A stretch of DNA of 26,560 nt from Lysobacterales bacterium. Lineage in GTDB: Bacteria > Pseudomonadota > Gammaproteobacteria > Xanthomonadales > SZUA-38. The stretch lies in contig CBDBVC010000052.1 of assembly GCA_965212525.1 (NCBI GenBank), forward strand, positions 1 through 26,560, read 5' to 3'. Under the pieces are notes generated by a model. The model saw only the letters and a list, made by a program, of their open reading frames with translations, did no database searches and was not told the DNA's origin. Below are positions 9,932 through 18,024 of this stretch, piece after piece; the stretch's first letter is position 1; every line of letters starts with the position of its first letter. A program made the position numbers and the translations under genes.

Positions 9932-10121
9932 CAGGGCTGTGTCATGACTGGAAATGAGAGGGACGGAAGAATATCAGAACTGATCGGTGAATGCTGAACA
10001 AATCCGCTCTATCCGCTAAAAAAACGGGCTCATCAATGCTGCGATGCCGATCTTTGCACAACTTTACAACAATCGACCCATTTCTTGCTCACAACAGTAC
10101 AACTTTTTAACAACTTGCCGC

Positions 10122-10127
10122 TATAAT
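10122..10127 (+). promoter_or_regulatory. Candidate sigma70 -10 hexamer TATAAT about 35 nt upstream of the paralog-2 ATG (weak -35, TACAAC/CAACTT)
   Basis: A perfect TATAAT lies in the divergent intergenic region between the E1 gene and cyclophilin-fusion paralog 2. The -35 is poor. Confidence 0.3.
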
Positions 10128-10160
10128 CCCACGCTGTCAAAAAGTACCGAGGATTTCCCC

Positions 10161-11249
10161 ATGCCATGGAATAGAGCCGGATCACGCATCCTTCTGCTGT
10201 CATTGTTCACCCTGCTGCTGAGTACAACTGCGCTGGCGCAGACGGTTGTCCGCATGGACACATCGCTTGGCCCGATCGATATCCGCCTGTTCGATGCCGA
10301 AGCACCACTGACCGTGGCCAATTTCCTCAATTACGTCAATGACGGCGATTACAATCAGTCGTTTATCCACCGTCATGACGGCATCAACGTCAACCGCTTC
10401 GTTCAGGGCGGCGGATTCACCTTCATTGATGATTTTACCGATGAGATCGAGATGGATCCCCCGGTAACGAATGAGTTCGGTATGTCCAACGTGCGCGGCA
10501 CCCTGTCCATGGCCAAGGTGGCTGGTGACCCGAACAGCGGCACCAATCAGTGGTTCATCAACGTCACGGACAACAGTGATCCGTTTGATACCGACAACGG
10601 TGGCTTTACGGTGTTTGGCGAAGTGATCGGCGATGGCATGGATGTGGTCGATGCGATCAATGCGCTGCAGACCGTCGTCTTCAATGCGCCGTTCAACCAG
10701 ATCCCGCTGCGTGGATTCTTCGGACTGGTCAATGAAAACCACCTGGTGATGATCAATACCATCCAGATCCTCGGCACCACCACATTTATCAATGAAGGCA
10801 TGAACGGGGCCTGGTTCAATCTGGCCACGCCAGGCCAGGGCTTTTTCATTGATGTGCTGCCCGAGACCGGTATCGTTTTCATCTCTGCCTTCACCTACGA
10901 TATCGATCAGCCCGATGCATCGATTGTCGCGGTGGTGGGCGACCCGGGTCAGCGCTGGCTGACGGCACAGGGTGCTTTCTCCGGCAATTCAGCCACACTC
11001 GACATCACCAACTCCAGTGGTGGCCTGTTCGACAACAATGCTGCGGTAACCAACAGTCCCGCCGGCACGTACGGCACCATAACCATCACCTTCAGCAGCT
11101 GTGGCAACGCCACCATCACCTACACACTGACCGAAAGCGGCCTCACCGGCACCATTCCTCTGGTACGTGTCGCTTCAGACAATGTGGCCGTGTGTGAAGC
11201 CAATTCCAGGGATCTTGAATTCGCTGCGCTGACTGCTGATCCTCAGTAA
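10161..11249 (+). CDS. Secreted cyclophilin-type PPIase fused to the same unrecognised C-terminal domain (paralog 2, about 45% identical to paralog 1)
   Basis: Signal peptide MPWNRAGSRILLLSLFTLLLSTTALAQ with GAGGA before the ATG. The cyclophilin motifs FIHRHD..FVQGGGF, NEF.MSNVRGTLSMA, QWFINV.DN and GFTVFGEV..GMDVVDAI are present. The C-terminal domain has the blocks NGAWFNLATPGQG, GDPGQRWLTAQGAF, CGNATITY and ..VAVCEA. Confidence 0.75.
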   Translation: MPWNRAGSRILLLSLFTLLLSTTALAQTVVRMDTSLGPIDIRLFDAEAPLTVANFLNYVNDGDYNQSFIHRHDGINVNRFVQGGGFTFIDDFTDEIEMDPPVTNEFGMSNVRGTLSMAKVAGDPNSGTNQWFINVTDNSDPFDTDNGGFTVFGEVIGDGMDVVDAINALQTVVFNAPFNQIPLRGFFGLVNENHLVMINTIQILGTTTFINEGMNGAWFNLATPGQGFFIDVLPETGIVFISAFTYDIDQPDASIVAVVGDPGQRWLTAQGAFSGNSATLDITNSSGGLFDNNAAVTNSPAGTYGTITITFSSCGNATITYTLTESGLTGTIPLVRVASDNVAVCEANSRDLEFAALTADPQ

Positions 11250-11273
11250 TCGATACCCACCAGAATTAGAAAA

Positions 11274-11300
11274 AGCCGTGCCTGGTGCACGGCTTTTTTT
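11274..11300 (+). terminator. Rho-independent terminator after paralog 2
   Basis: Stem AGCCGTGC, loop ctggt, stem GCACGGCT, followed by T7. Confidence 0.7.
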
Positions 11301-11735
11301 ATGTGTCATTCACCCGGAATCGCTCACATTCTGCGCCCGGCCATGATCAGATCGCCGGCATGACAGTCCTGAAGCGCGAATCCAGGACAACAGAATGGCG
11401 TATTATTCATCACTGATCGTGACTGGATTTTCTCTTATCTATACACGCCAGGTTACTGTAATTAAAGAGATTAATTTTCAAAATCCGAACGAAAACAGAT
11501 GAGTAATTTTCATCCATGACGAACATTTGTTAATAAATAGTTAAGAATTATCTTGTGCTTTATTGACGAGAGCGTAGACTTGCCCGCCATGAATTTTCAG
11601 CCACGAACATGCGAGAACAGCGACAGCACAGTCAGCAGACTGCCTGGCCGAATACTGTTCAATGTAAGCGGGCTGGCACAGAAACAGACACGATAACGAT
11701 CCTCACGGAGGGTCGCGGACCTTCCGATAGCACAG

Positions 11736-11770
11736 AACCCGGAAGGTCGAATTGACACCCGGGTTTTTTT
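11736..11770 (+). terminator. Terminator-like hairpin in the long non-coding region
   Basis: Stem AACCCGG, a 16-nt loop that contains a perfect TTGACA, stem CCGGGTT, followed by T7. The long loop makes this weak. Confidence 0.25.
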
Positions 11771-11871
11771 GTACCCGGCAATACGGCAACGCCGTTGAAC
11801 CAAGAGCCCGCAGATGCGGTCGTAACAGAGCATTGAATCAACGCACCGACACGGTGCACCAGGAGCGCAAC

Positions 11872-12144
11872 ATGGCCTACAGGCCCGCAGACAATCAGAA
11901 CCACAGGCAACACCCGGTGATCCATGCCGGACGAGTGGCTGTGAGCTGCATTGCGCTATGGCAGTGCCTGCCAGGACAGTTCGGCGAGAACGGATCGGAC
12001 TCAAGCGGCGTGAACGACAAGCGGATTGGCACAGGACAGACAGGTAATCCTGGCAGTCATGACATACCGGGCATCAATGAGATGACCCGTGAAACCGAAG
12101 CCAGAGAATCCGGTTTCAGCAACAACTCAGAATTGATGATGTAG
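11872..12144 (+). CDS. Possible small ORF (91 aa) with a strong SD (AGGAG, 6 nt) but rare-codon-rich, low-complexity product
   Basis: MAYRPADNQNHRQHPV... has no recognisable family. Its codon usage (AGG, AGA, ATA, CTA, GGA) is unlike the neighbouring genes. A terminator-like hairpin follows it. It may be non-coding. Confidence 0.2.
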   Translation: MAYRPADNQNHRQHPVIHAGRVAVSCIALWQCLPGQFGENGSDSSGVNDKRIGTGQTGNPGSHDIPGINEMTRETEARESGFSNNSELMM

Positions 12145-12195
12145 AACACCACTATCAGGTGGTCTGCATCGGCAGACCTCCAACAGGCTTTATCA

Positions 12196-12236
12196 GAGCC
12201 CCTGACAGGTTTGCCAACCGGTCGGGGGCTTTTTTT
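12196..12236 (+). terminator. Hairpin plus T8 run (terminator-like) downstream of the small ORF
   Basis: Stem AGCCCC, a 22-nt loop, stem GGGGCT, then TTTTTTTT. The stem is short and the loop long. Confidence 0.3.
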
Positions 12237-12749
12237 TGCCCGATCGAACACTGCATTGAGATAGATGGTGCAGCAGGCGTACGGCGAAAGGCCGTGACAG
12301 ACACGCCAATCATTAACAATTCGGACGCATTATTTCAGTGGGGCCGCCATTGCCGGTCAGCCGGCGCTGTGCCGCCCCACATCATTTTTCGGATGCACGA
12401 TGAGTTCAGCAAGAACACCGGCGGGATTCCCCTCCTCACTCATCGTTTCCCGTCGCTACCGCTGTACCACCCCCAGGATAGTGGTGGCAATGGCTGAACT
12501 GTCGTTCATCCATCGCCGTGGCTGGTCTTTTTTGGTCAGCTGCGGTTTCTTTAATTTTTTTCTTTTTCTGAATTCGGTCATTTTTTCAATATCAGGTTTC
12601 ACAAGACCCAGATAAAAAAGAACACAACAATTCAACAAAAGGAGAACCCAACATGAACAACTAAAAAAAATACCCTGGCGGTCAGCAGAAGTAGCAGCCC
12701 GGCTGCTTCACCAACTGTTGACCGAATTTCACTTATCATGGAGAACAAC

Positions 12750-13949
12750 ATGAGTATTAAACAAACGATTCGCAAAGGCCGCGTTCCGGTTCACATATGG
12801 ACCAACGATATTGATGCCGGCGCCATCGATCAGCTGACGAATATTGCCCAGCTGCCGATCGTGCACCATCACGTGGCCGCGATGCCCGACGTTCACGTCG
12901 GACTTGGGGCGACCGTTGGCTCGGTCATCCCGACACTGAAGGCCGTGATTCCGGCTTCGGTCGGTGTCGACATCGGCTGCGGCATGATGGCTGTGCGGCT
13001 GACACTGAAGGCACATGAACTGCCCGACTCACTGGCGCGCATTCGCAGTGCCATCGAGGCGGCCGTTCCGGTGGGTTTCAACATGCACAAGCAGGAAAAT
13101 ATCTGCACTGACGGCATGAAACGTGTCAAGGACGGCCACGACAAGCTGACCGAGAAACACCCCAAGCTGGCCGAACTGAGTCGACGTGGCAGCCCATGGA
13201 AATGGGCCCGCCAGATCGGCACGCTGGGTGGCGGCAACCACTTCATCGAGCTTTGTCTGGATGAGTCCAACCGGGTCTGGGTCATGCTGCATTCCGGTTC
13301 ACGCGGTGTCGGCAACCAGATCGGAACCCACTTCATCAGCCTTGCCAAGGAGAACATGCAGAAACTGGGCGTCAGGCTCAGTGACCGCAATCTCAGCTGG
13401 TTCGATGAAGGCACCCGACTGTTCGACGACTACATCGAAGCCGTAGACTGGGCACAGGGCTACGCCGCGGAGAACCGCCACCAGATGATGAATCTGGTAC
13501 TGAAGGCCATCCGTAGTGAAGGACTGGACTTTCGCATCACCCGCAAGGCCATCAACTGTCACCACAACTACATTTCTCGCGAAGTGCATTTTGGTGAGGA
13601 TGTGCTGGTTACCCGCAAGGGTGCCATCCGGGCCGGTGCCGGAGAGCTCGGGATCATTCCGGGCAGCATGGGTGCCAGGTCCTACATTGTGCAGGGCAAG
13701 GGTAACGCCGATGCCTTCCACTCCTGTGCCCACGGCGCCGGTCGCAAGATGTCGCGAACAGCAGCCAAGAAGGCCTTCAACCGCGACGACCTCATCGCCC
13801 AGACCAGGGGTGTTGAATGCCGCAAGGACAAGGGCGTGATTGACGAAGCACCCGGTGCCTACAAGAACATCGATTCGGTCATGAACAACCAGTCCGACCT
13901 GGTTGACGTGGTCCACAGCCTGAAACAGGTGGTCTGCGTCAAGGGCTGA
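12750..13949 (+). CDS. rtcB: RNA-splicing ligase RtcB (3'-phosphate/5'-OH RNA ligase)
   Basis: The protein is collinear with E. coli RtcB: AMPDVHVG, GCGM, GGNHFIE, HSGSRGVGNQIG, IPGSMGA and the C-terminus LKQVVCVKG. The start was moved to the second ATG (MSIKQT) because GGAGA sits 5 nt upstream of it. Confidence 0.9.
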   Translation: MSIKQTIRKGRVPVHIWTNDIDAGAIDQLTNIAQLPIVHHHVAAMPDVHVGLGATVGSVIPTLKAVIPASVGVDIGCGMMAVRLTLKAHELPDSLARIRSAIEAAVPVGFNMHKQENICTDGMKRVKDGHDKLTEKHPKLAELSRRGSPWKWARQIGTLGGGNHFIELCLDESNRVWVMLHSGSRGVGNQIGTHFISLAKENMQKLGVRLSDRNLSWFDEGTRLFDDYIEAVDWAQGYAAENRHQMMNLVLKAIRSEGLDFRITRKAINCHHNYISREVHFGEDVLVTRKGAIRAGAGELGIIPGSMGARSYIVQGKGNADAFHSCAHGAGRKMSRTAAKKAFNRDDLIAQTRGVECRKDKGVIDEAPGAYKNIDSVMNNQSDLVDVVHSLKQVVCVKG

Positions 13950-14018
13950 ACAGGTGGGTGGTCACATCAGCCTGTTCAGCAATTTCTCTTAACTCACTGA
14001 AACCCTGAGGAGACTCTC

Positions 14019-14231
14019 ATGAGCACACGCAAGCGTGTGTTGCTGAATCCTTTGCTGCGCAAGGGCCACGTGCATGCGCCCAGCAAATCAGCACAACGCA
14101 AGAAGCAGCTCGATGAGATTGACGACGCCGTGCTTGACTGGATGGCGATGGATGACGAGGAACTCGATCATCTGTCATCAGACAGTCAGATACATTCGTC
14201 AAGATCAATCGACAAGAACTACAAACCCTGA
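14019..14231 (+). CDS. Small hypothetical protein (70 aa) with a basic N-terminus and a highly acidic C-terminus, in the rtcB operon
   Basis: A GAGGAG SD lies 6 nt upstream. The gene starts 69 nt after the rtcB stop. No family is recognised. Confidence 0.4.
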   Translation: MSTRKRVLLNPLLRKGHVHAPSKSAQRKKQLDEIDDAVLDWMAMDDEELDHLSSDSQIHSSRSIDKNYKP

Positions 14232-14266
14232 ACCCACTTATTCATTGAAAATCAAGGAGGTGCGAG

Positions 14267-14869
14267 ATGCAAACACTCGACACGGATTCACAAATCCTGC
14301 TGAATCAACGCCAGAGGCTGGAAACGCCGCTGGCCTCAACACTGGCCACCGACAGGGCTGGCAAGCCGATGAACTGGCTGGGCTGGCAGGATGTCGTTAC
14401 CCTGATGGCACGCGATCATGTTGCCTGGTCTGCCGGTGACACCATTGTCACGGTACGCGGCGGCTGGGATCGCCACGGACAACGATCCACCTGCGAGATT
14501 CCGGCGATCATCGCCTGCAAGGGTCGTCACCAGCAATGGCGCAACAGTCCGGCACTGACCAACCCCAACCTGTTCCGCCGTGACCGTCATACCTGCCTGT
14601 ATTGTGCCAGACAAGCAGGTCCCGGAGTCCGGCTAACCCGTGACCACGTGATCCCGCGTGTCCAGGGCGGTGCAGACTGCTGGGAAAACGTCGTCACCGC
14701 CTGCTCACGCTGCAATGCCCACAAGGGCGGACGCACACCGGAACAGGCCGGCATGCCATTACTGGCGGTGCCTTACCGACCCACCTGGGCAGAATACCTG
14801 GTACTGGCCAACAGCAGAATCCTCGCTGACCAGATGGATTTTCTGCAGGCATTCCTGCCCACAAGATAA
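14267..14869 (+). CDS. HNH endonuclease family protein (200 aa) with an N-terminal domain of unknown function
   Basis: A strong SD AAGGAGG is present. The HNH motif is CLYCAR...LTRDHVIPRVQGG..WENVVTACSRCNAHKGG. The gene starts 35 nt after the preceding ORF and a terminator follows it. Confidence 0.8.
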   Translation: MQTLDTDSQILLNQRQRLETPLASTLATDRAGKPMNWLGWQDVVTLMARDHVAWSAGDTIVTVRGGWDRHGQRSTCEIPAIIACKGRHQQWRNSPALTNPNLFRRDRHTCLYCARQAGPGVRLTRDHVIPRVQGGADCWENVVTACSRCNAHKGGRTPEQAGMPLLAVPYRPTWAEYLVLANSRILADQMDFLQAFLPTR

Positions 14870-14896
14870 CCACGCCAGGGATGGTGTGGTTTTTTG
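14868..14896 (+). terminator. Rho-independent terminator closing the rtcB-orf70-HNH unit
   Basis: Stem AACCACGCC, loop agggat, stem GGTGTGGTT (one G-U pair), then T6. Confidence 0.6.
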
Positions 14897-14995
14897 AATG
14901 TTTTGACATGCGTAGCTGGCGTAACGCATGTCAAAATATTCGGGGAGTTTTTGTTCGGTGCCAAACCGATGAACCTCTCACATCATGTTTCAAGT

Positions 14996-15400
14996 TTAGT
15001 CCGTCGCCACTGATTTGAGTCCCTTGAACAGCATTACCGCGATCAGGCCGAGCACGATCTCCAGGCCCGCATATACGATAAGGAGCCAATGGGGCATGCC
15101 GTCCAGGATAAAACTCAGTATGCGCCCGGCGGCAAGTCCAAGCATGAACACCGCGGCGCTTACGAGCGCCGGAGCGGTCATCTGCTTGTTGAACGCACCC
15201 CAGGCCCAAAGCACGGCCAATCCAAGGTACAGGCACATTACGGCCCGCATGATGTGCGTGAGATTGACTGTGTCAACAGTGATGCCAAACAGCGCGTCAA
15301 GGGAGACCGATGGCATGGCGCCATAGACCAGCGCGATTGGCACGATGCCGACCGCACAGAAAATCAGATAGGCGCGGATCTTCAGGGAGTCATTCTTCAT
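14996..15400 (-). CDS. Small polytopic membrane protein (DUF4345-like), translationally coupled to the sulfatase
   Basis: Four predicted TM helices. Its ATG overlaps the sulfatase TGA (ATGA). GGAG lies 8 nt upstream. Confidence 0.55.
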   Translation of the reverse strand: MKNDSLKIRAYLIFCAVGIVPIALVYGAMPSVSLDALFGITVDTVNLTHIMRAVMCLYLGLAVLWAWGAFNKQMTAPALVSAAVFMLGLAAGRILSFILDGMPHWLLIVYAGLEIVLGLIAVMLFKGLKSVATD

Positions 15401-17193
15401 AGCGCGCTCCACGGGCTCCAGTCGTCGGCTACAGGCACTAGGCCCTTTTCTTCGGCGTATCGCTCGAAGATGGCAATCATGTTCTGGAGCCGCTCCGGCT
15501 GCTCGGCCTCCAGAGGACGAGTCTCACCTGGGTCACTCTTGATGTCGTAAAGGTGCCACTCGCCATCGCCATACATGCCGGTACGCATGCGGATGGCCTT
15601 GTAGTCTCCGGACACAACATAGGTATTGCCAAACAGCTCGAAGACGACCCATTCGTCTTCCGTCCGCGGAGTCGCTTCTTCTCCCGCCAGGAACGGTCGC
15701 AGGGAAACGCCGGTCGGCGGCGTGAGCTCGCGGCCGTTGAACTCGGTCAGCGGGTGATCGACGCCGGCATAGTCAAGCATGGTCATCGGCAGTTCTTTGA
15801 CGTAGGCGTACTCGTTGGTCATCTCTCCAGCCCGAGTGTTAGGCTGGTTTTTCGGTGGTATGACGATCAGTGGTACCCGGATGCCGCCCTCACCGATAAA
15901 CCACTTCCACCACTGCAGGCTGCCATTGGCTGCTCCAGCCCAGTTTGTACCAATGAAGCCGAACGTATTCCCCTGGCCAATGTCGTCGAACTCCTGGCTG
16001 TATGCGGAGCGCATCCACTGGATGAGATCGGGGCCCGGGGCAAGCTCGCCGACAAGTCCAGTGCCTTCGGGGCCATTGTCCGTCGTGTAAATGATCAGTG
16101 TGTTGTCGAGTTCCCCGTTCTCCTCAAGGTTTTGAAGGAGTCGGCCGATTTGCTGATCCTGTGATTCCATCATGGCTGAGTAGGCCGCCATCCACCGTGC
16201 CTCGGTGCGCTTCTCCTCGTCAGACAATTCCGACCAGGCGCTCAACAGCGGATTCGATTCACGTTCTGGCTGGGGCGCGTCCTGCGGGATGAGTCCCAGC
16301 TTTTTCTGTCCCTCGAAGCGGGCGCGATGAAGGCCTTCGTAGCCCAGCTCAAGATAGTGATCGTAGTATTTGTTGATAAGGTCAGCGGGAGCCTGGATCG
16401 GCGCGTGTGCCGTCGTGTAAGCCAAGTAGGCAAAGAAAGGCTGGCCGGTCTCGCGACCCTCCTCAATATACTCCAGCAGTTTGGAGGTCCAGAGCTCATC
16501 TGAAAAGACGCCGTCCGGACGTGTCACACTCTCGCCGTTCTCGTAGTACGGCTCCTGCGGGATTTCTCCTCGCGCTAGAACGGCCTGGACTTCGGGATCG
16601 GCGGGATTGAAGTGAAAGGCGCCCTGGTTCCAGTGGTTCGCCGCACCGGTGTAGAGCCCATAGCTGCGATCAAAGCCCCACTCTTGCGGCCCCTCGCCGC
16701 CGTGGCCCGACCCACCGAGGTGCCACTTGCCCACCGTGTAAGTGCGGTACCCCGCGTCCTGGAGAAGCTCGGCAACCGTCGCCGTGGTGCGTGTAAGATG
16801 CGCTTCGTAGCCAGGCTTGCCCTCGGAAGGCGGATAAACCGTGTAGTCAAAAGCGGCGAGCCCGATCTCGATCGGATCGTTACCGGTCAACATCATTGAG
16901 CGCGAGACCGAGCAGACCGGCGACACGTGGAAATTGGTGAAGAACGTGCCCTGCTCGGCCAGCGCGTCTAGAGTCGGGGTCTTTGTAACCGAGCCGCTGA
17001 TGCCAAGATCACCGAAGCCAATGTCGTCACCGACGATGAACAGTATATTTGGACCTACTGTTGCGACAGCCTGGGACTCAGTGACAGTCTGGGGCTCGGC
17101 GACGGCCGCCGGCTGCGATTCATCGTTCGATTGAGAACAACCTAGCATCAGCAGGCAGATGAAGAGAAGTGAAGTCACCTTGGTATGTTTCAT
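15397..17193 (-). CDS. Sulfatase-family (alkaline phosphatase superfamily) lipoprotein
   Basis: A lipobox LLMLGC follows the signal peptide. The N-terminal sulfatase domain has DDIGFGD. The Cys motif reads SPVCSVSRSMMLTG, i.e. CSVSR rather than the canonical CxPxR. GKWHLG is present. Confidence 0.8.
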   Translation of the reverse strand: MKHTKVTSLLFICLLMLGCSQSNDESQPAAVAEPQTVTESQAVATVGPNILFIVGDDIGFGDLGISGSVTKTPTLDALAEQGTFFTNFHVSPVCSVSRSMMLTGNDPIEIGLAAFDYTVYPPSEGKPGYEAHLTRTTATVAELLQDAGYRTYTVGKWHLGGSGHGGEGPQEWGFDRSYGLYTGAANHWNQGAFHFNPADPEVQAVLARGEIPQEPYYENGESVTRPDGVFSDELWTSKLLEYIEEGRETGQPFFAYLAYTTAHAPIQAPADLINKYYDHYLELGYEGLHRARFEGQKKLGLIPQDAPQPERESNPLLSAWSELSDEEKRTEARWMAAYSAMMESQDQQIGRLLQNLEENGELDNTLIIYTTDNGPEGTGLVGELAPGPDLIQWMRSAYSQEFDDIGQGNTFGFIGTNWAGAANGSLQWWKWFIGEGGIRVPLIVIPPKNQPNTRAGEMTNEYAYVKELPMTMLDYAGVDHPLTEFNGRELTPPTGVSLRPFLAGEEATPRTEDEWVVFELFGNTYVVSGDYKAIRMRTGMYGDGEWHLYDIKSDPGETRPLEAEQPERLQNMIAIFERYAEEKGLVPVADDWSPWSAL

Positions 17194-17524
17194 AGATACC
17201 TGTCCATTTTTGAGTCGTTTCTGCAAAGAGCTGGATTGATAGTACAGGTTTATAATTGATTATACGAATGGCTAACCAGGTCCATGTGGCAGCACTGATT
17301 TCAATCGCAGCAAATAATAAAGAGTCCAAACTCTTACTCTATAACCTTTTCCAAAAGGTGTAGTCAAATCAGGCCGAAACCTGACACCCCCATTTCGTTT
17401 GACGGCAAGCCGCCGGCAAACACACCGAAGTTCCGTTTTCCGTCATTCGCTCAGCGGCTCAGGTTCTGATTGCCTGGCTGACACACTCGCCCCTGGCATC
17501 GTGTGTATCGACAATACAGGAAAG

Positions 17525-17600
17525 CGAAGCTACCGCTTAGTTAGCTCAGTTGGTAGAGCAGTAGACTCATAATCTATCGGTCGCAGGTTCAACTCCTGCA
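17525..17600 (+). tRNA. tRNA with a CAU anticodon. The body resembles tRNA-Ile2 (lysidine) more than elongator Met, with a CCA encoded.
   Basis: Cloverleaf: D-arm GCTC/AGTTGGTA/GAGC. Anticodon arm GTAGA-CTCATAA-TCTAT. T-arm GCAGG-TTCAACT-CCTGC. Acceptor GCTTAGT/ACTAAGA with an apparent G1-A72 mismatch (or a 1-nt error). Confidence 0.7.
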
Positions 17601-17641
17601 CTAAGAGCCAATCAGCCTTTCACGCTGACTTTTCGGATAAC

Positions 17642-17658
17642 CCACTAAGGGTGTGGTT
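17642..17658 (+). other. Isolated tRNA-like T-arm (TGTGG-TTCAAAT-CCACA) 40 nt downstream of the tRNA, with no matching acceptor or anticodon arms
   Basis: A perfect 5-bp stem plus a 7-nt GTTCAAATC-type loop. No 5' partner sequence is found, so it is a tRNA 3' fragment or a chance structure. Confidence 0.25.
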
Positions 17659-18024
17659 CAAATCCACAAGAACGTCGTGCAAGCGACACACGGGCAGACT
17701 CCCCGGTGATGATCGTCAGGCATGTATTGCTGACATGACTCACAGCAAGCCGGTCGCCTGTCCCGCACAGATACCGCCATTGCGGCCCTGACCCCGACCC
17801 GATGCAAATGGATGTGTCCTGATCGATGCCCCGTCACCATGAGGGTGCAGACCATCAGGACAGTCCGTGCGCATTCGGGTTCGGGACAGATGCCGCAAGG
17901 ACCGTTCGCAGTCCACAGGATGTGGTCACCGCGTCAGGAGACGCTGCGTGCCTCAGGTTGCTGTCCGGGCCCGGCCGTTTTGTGGGGAGCTTCCCATTCT
18001 TTCTATCAAACCAAGGAGAACATC

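Noticed and set aside
12690-12715. Search for a sigma54 (-24 GG / -12 GC) promoter upstream of rtcB, as in E. coli rtcBA
   Set aside because: No TGGCAC-N5-TTGCA-like match with correct spacing was found by eye, and rtcR is absent from the window.
13299-13916. 205-aa ORF on the minus strand
   Set aside because: It is antisense to rtcB, whose identity is unambiguous.
15553-16164. 203-aa ORF on the plus strand
   Set aside because: It is antisense to the sulfatase gene.
17601-17670. A second tRNA gene after the tRNA(CAU)
   Set aside because: Only a T-arm-like hairpin is present. No complementary acceptor 5' strand, D-arm or anticodon arm could be placed, so it is reported as a fragment, not a gene.
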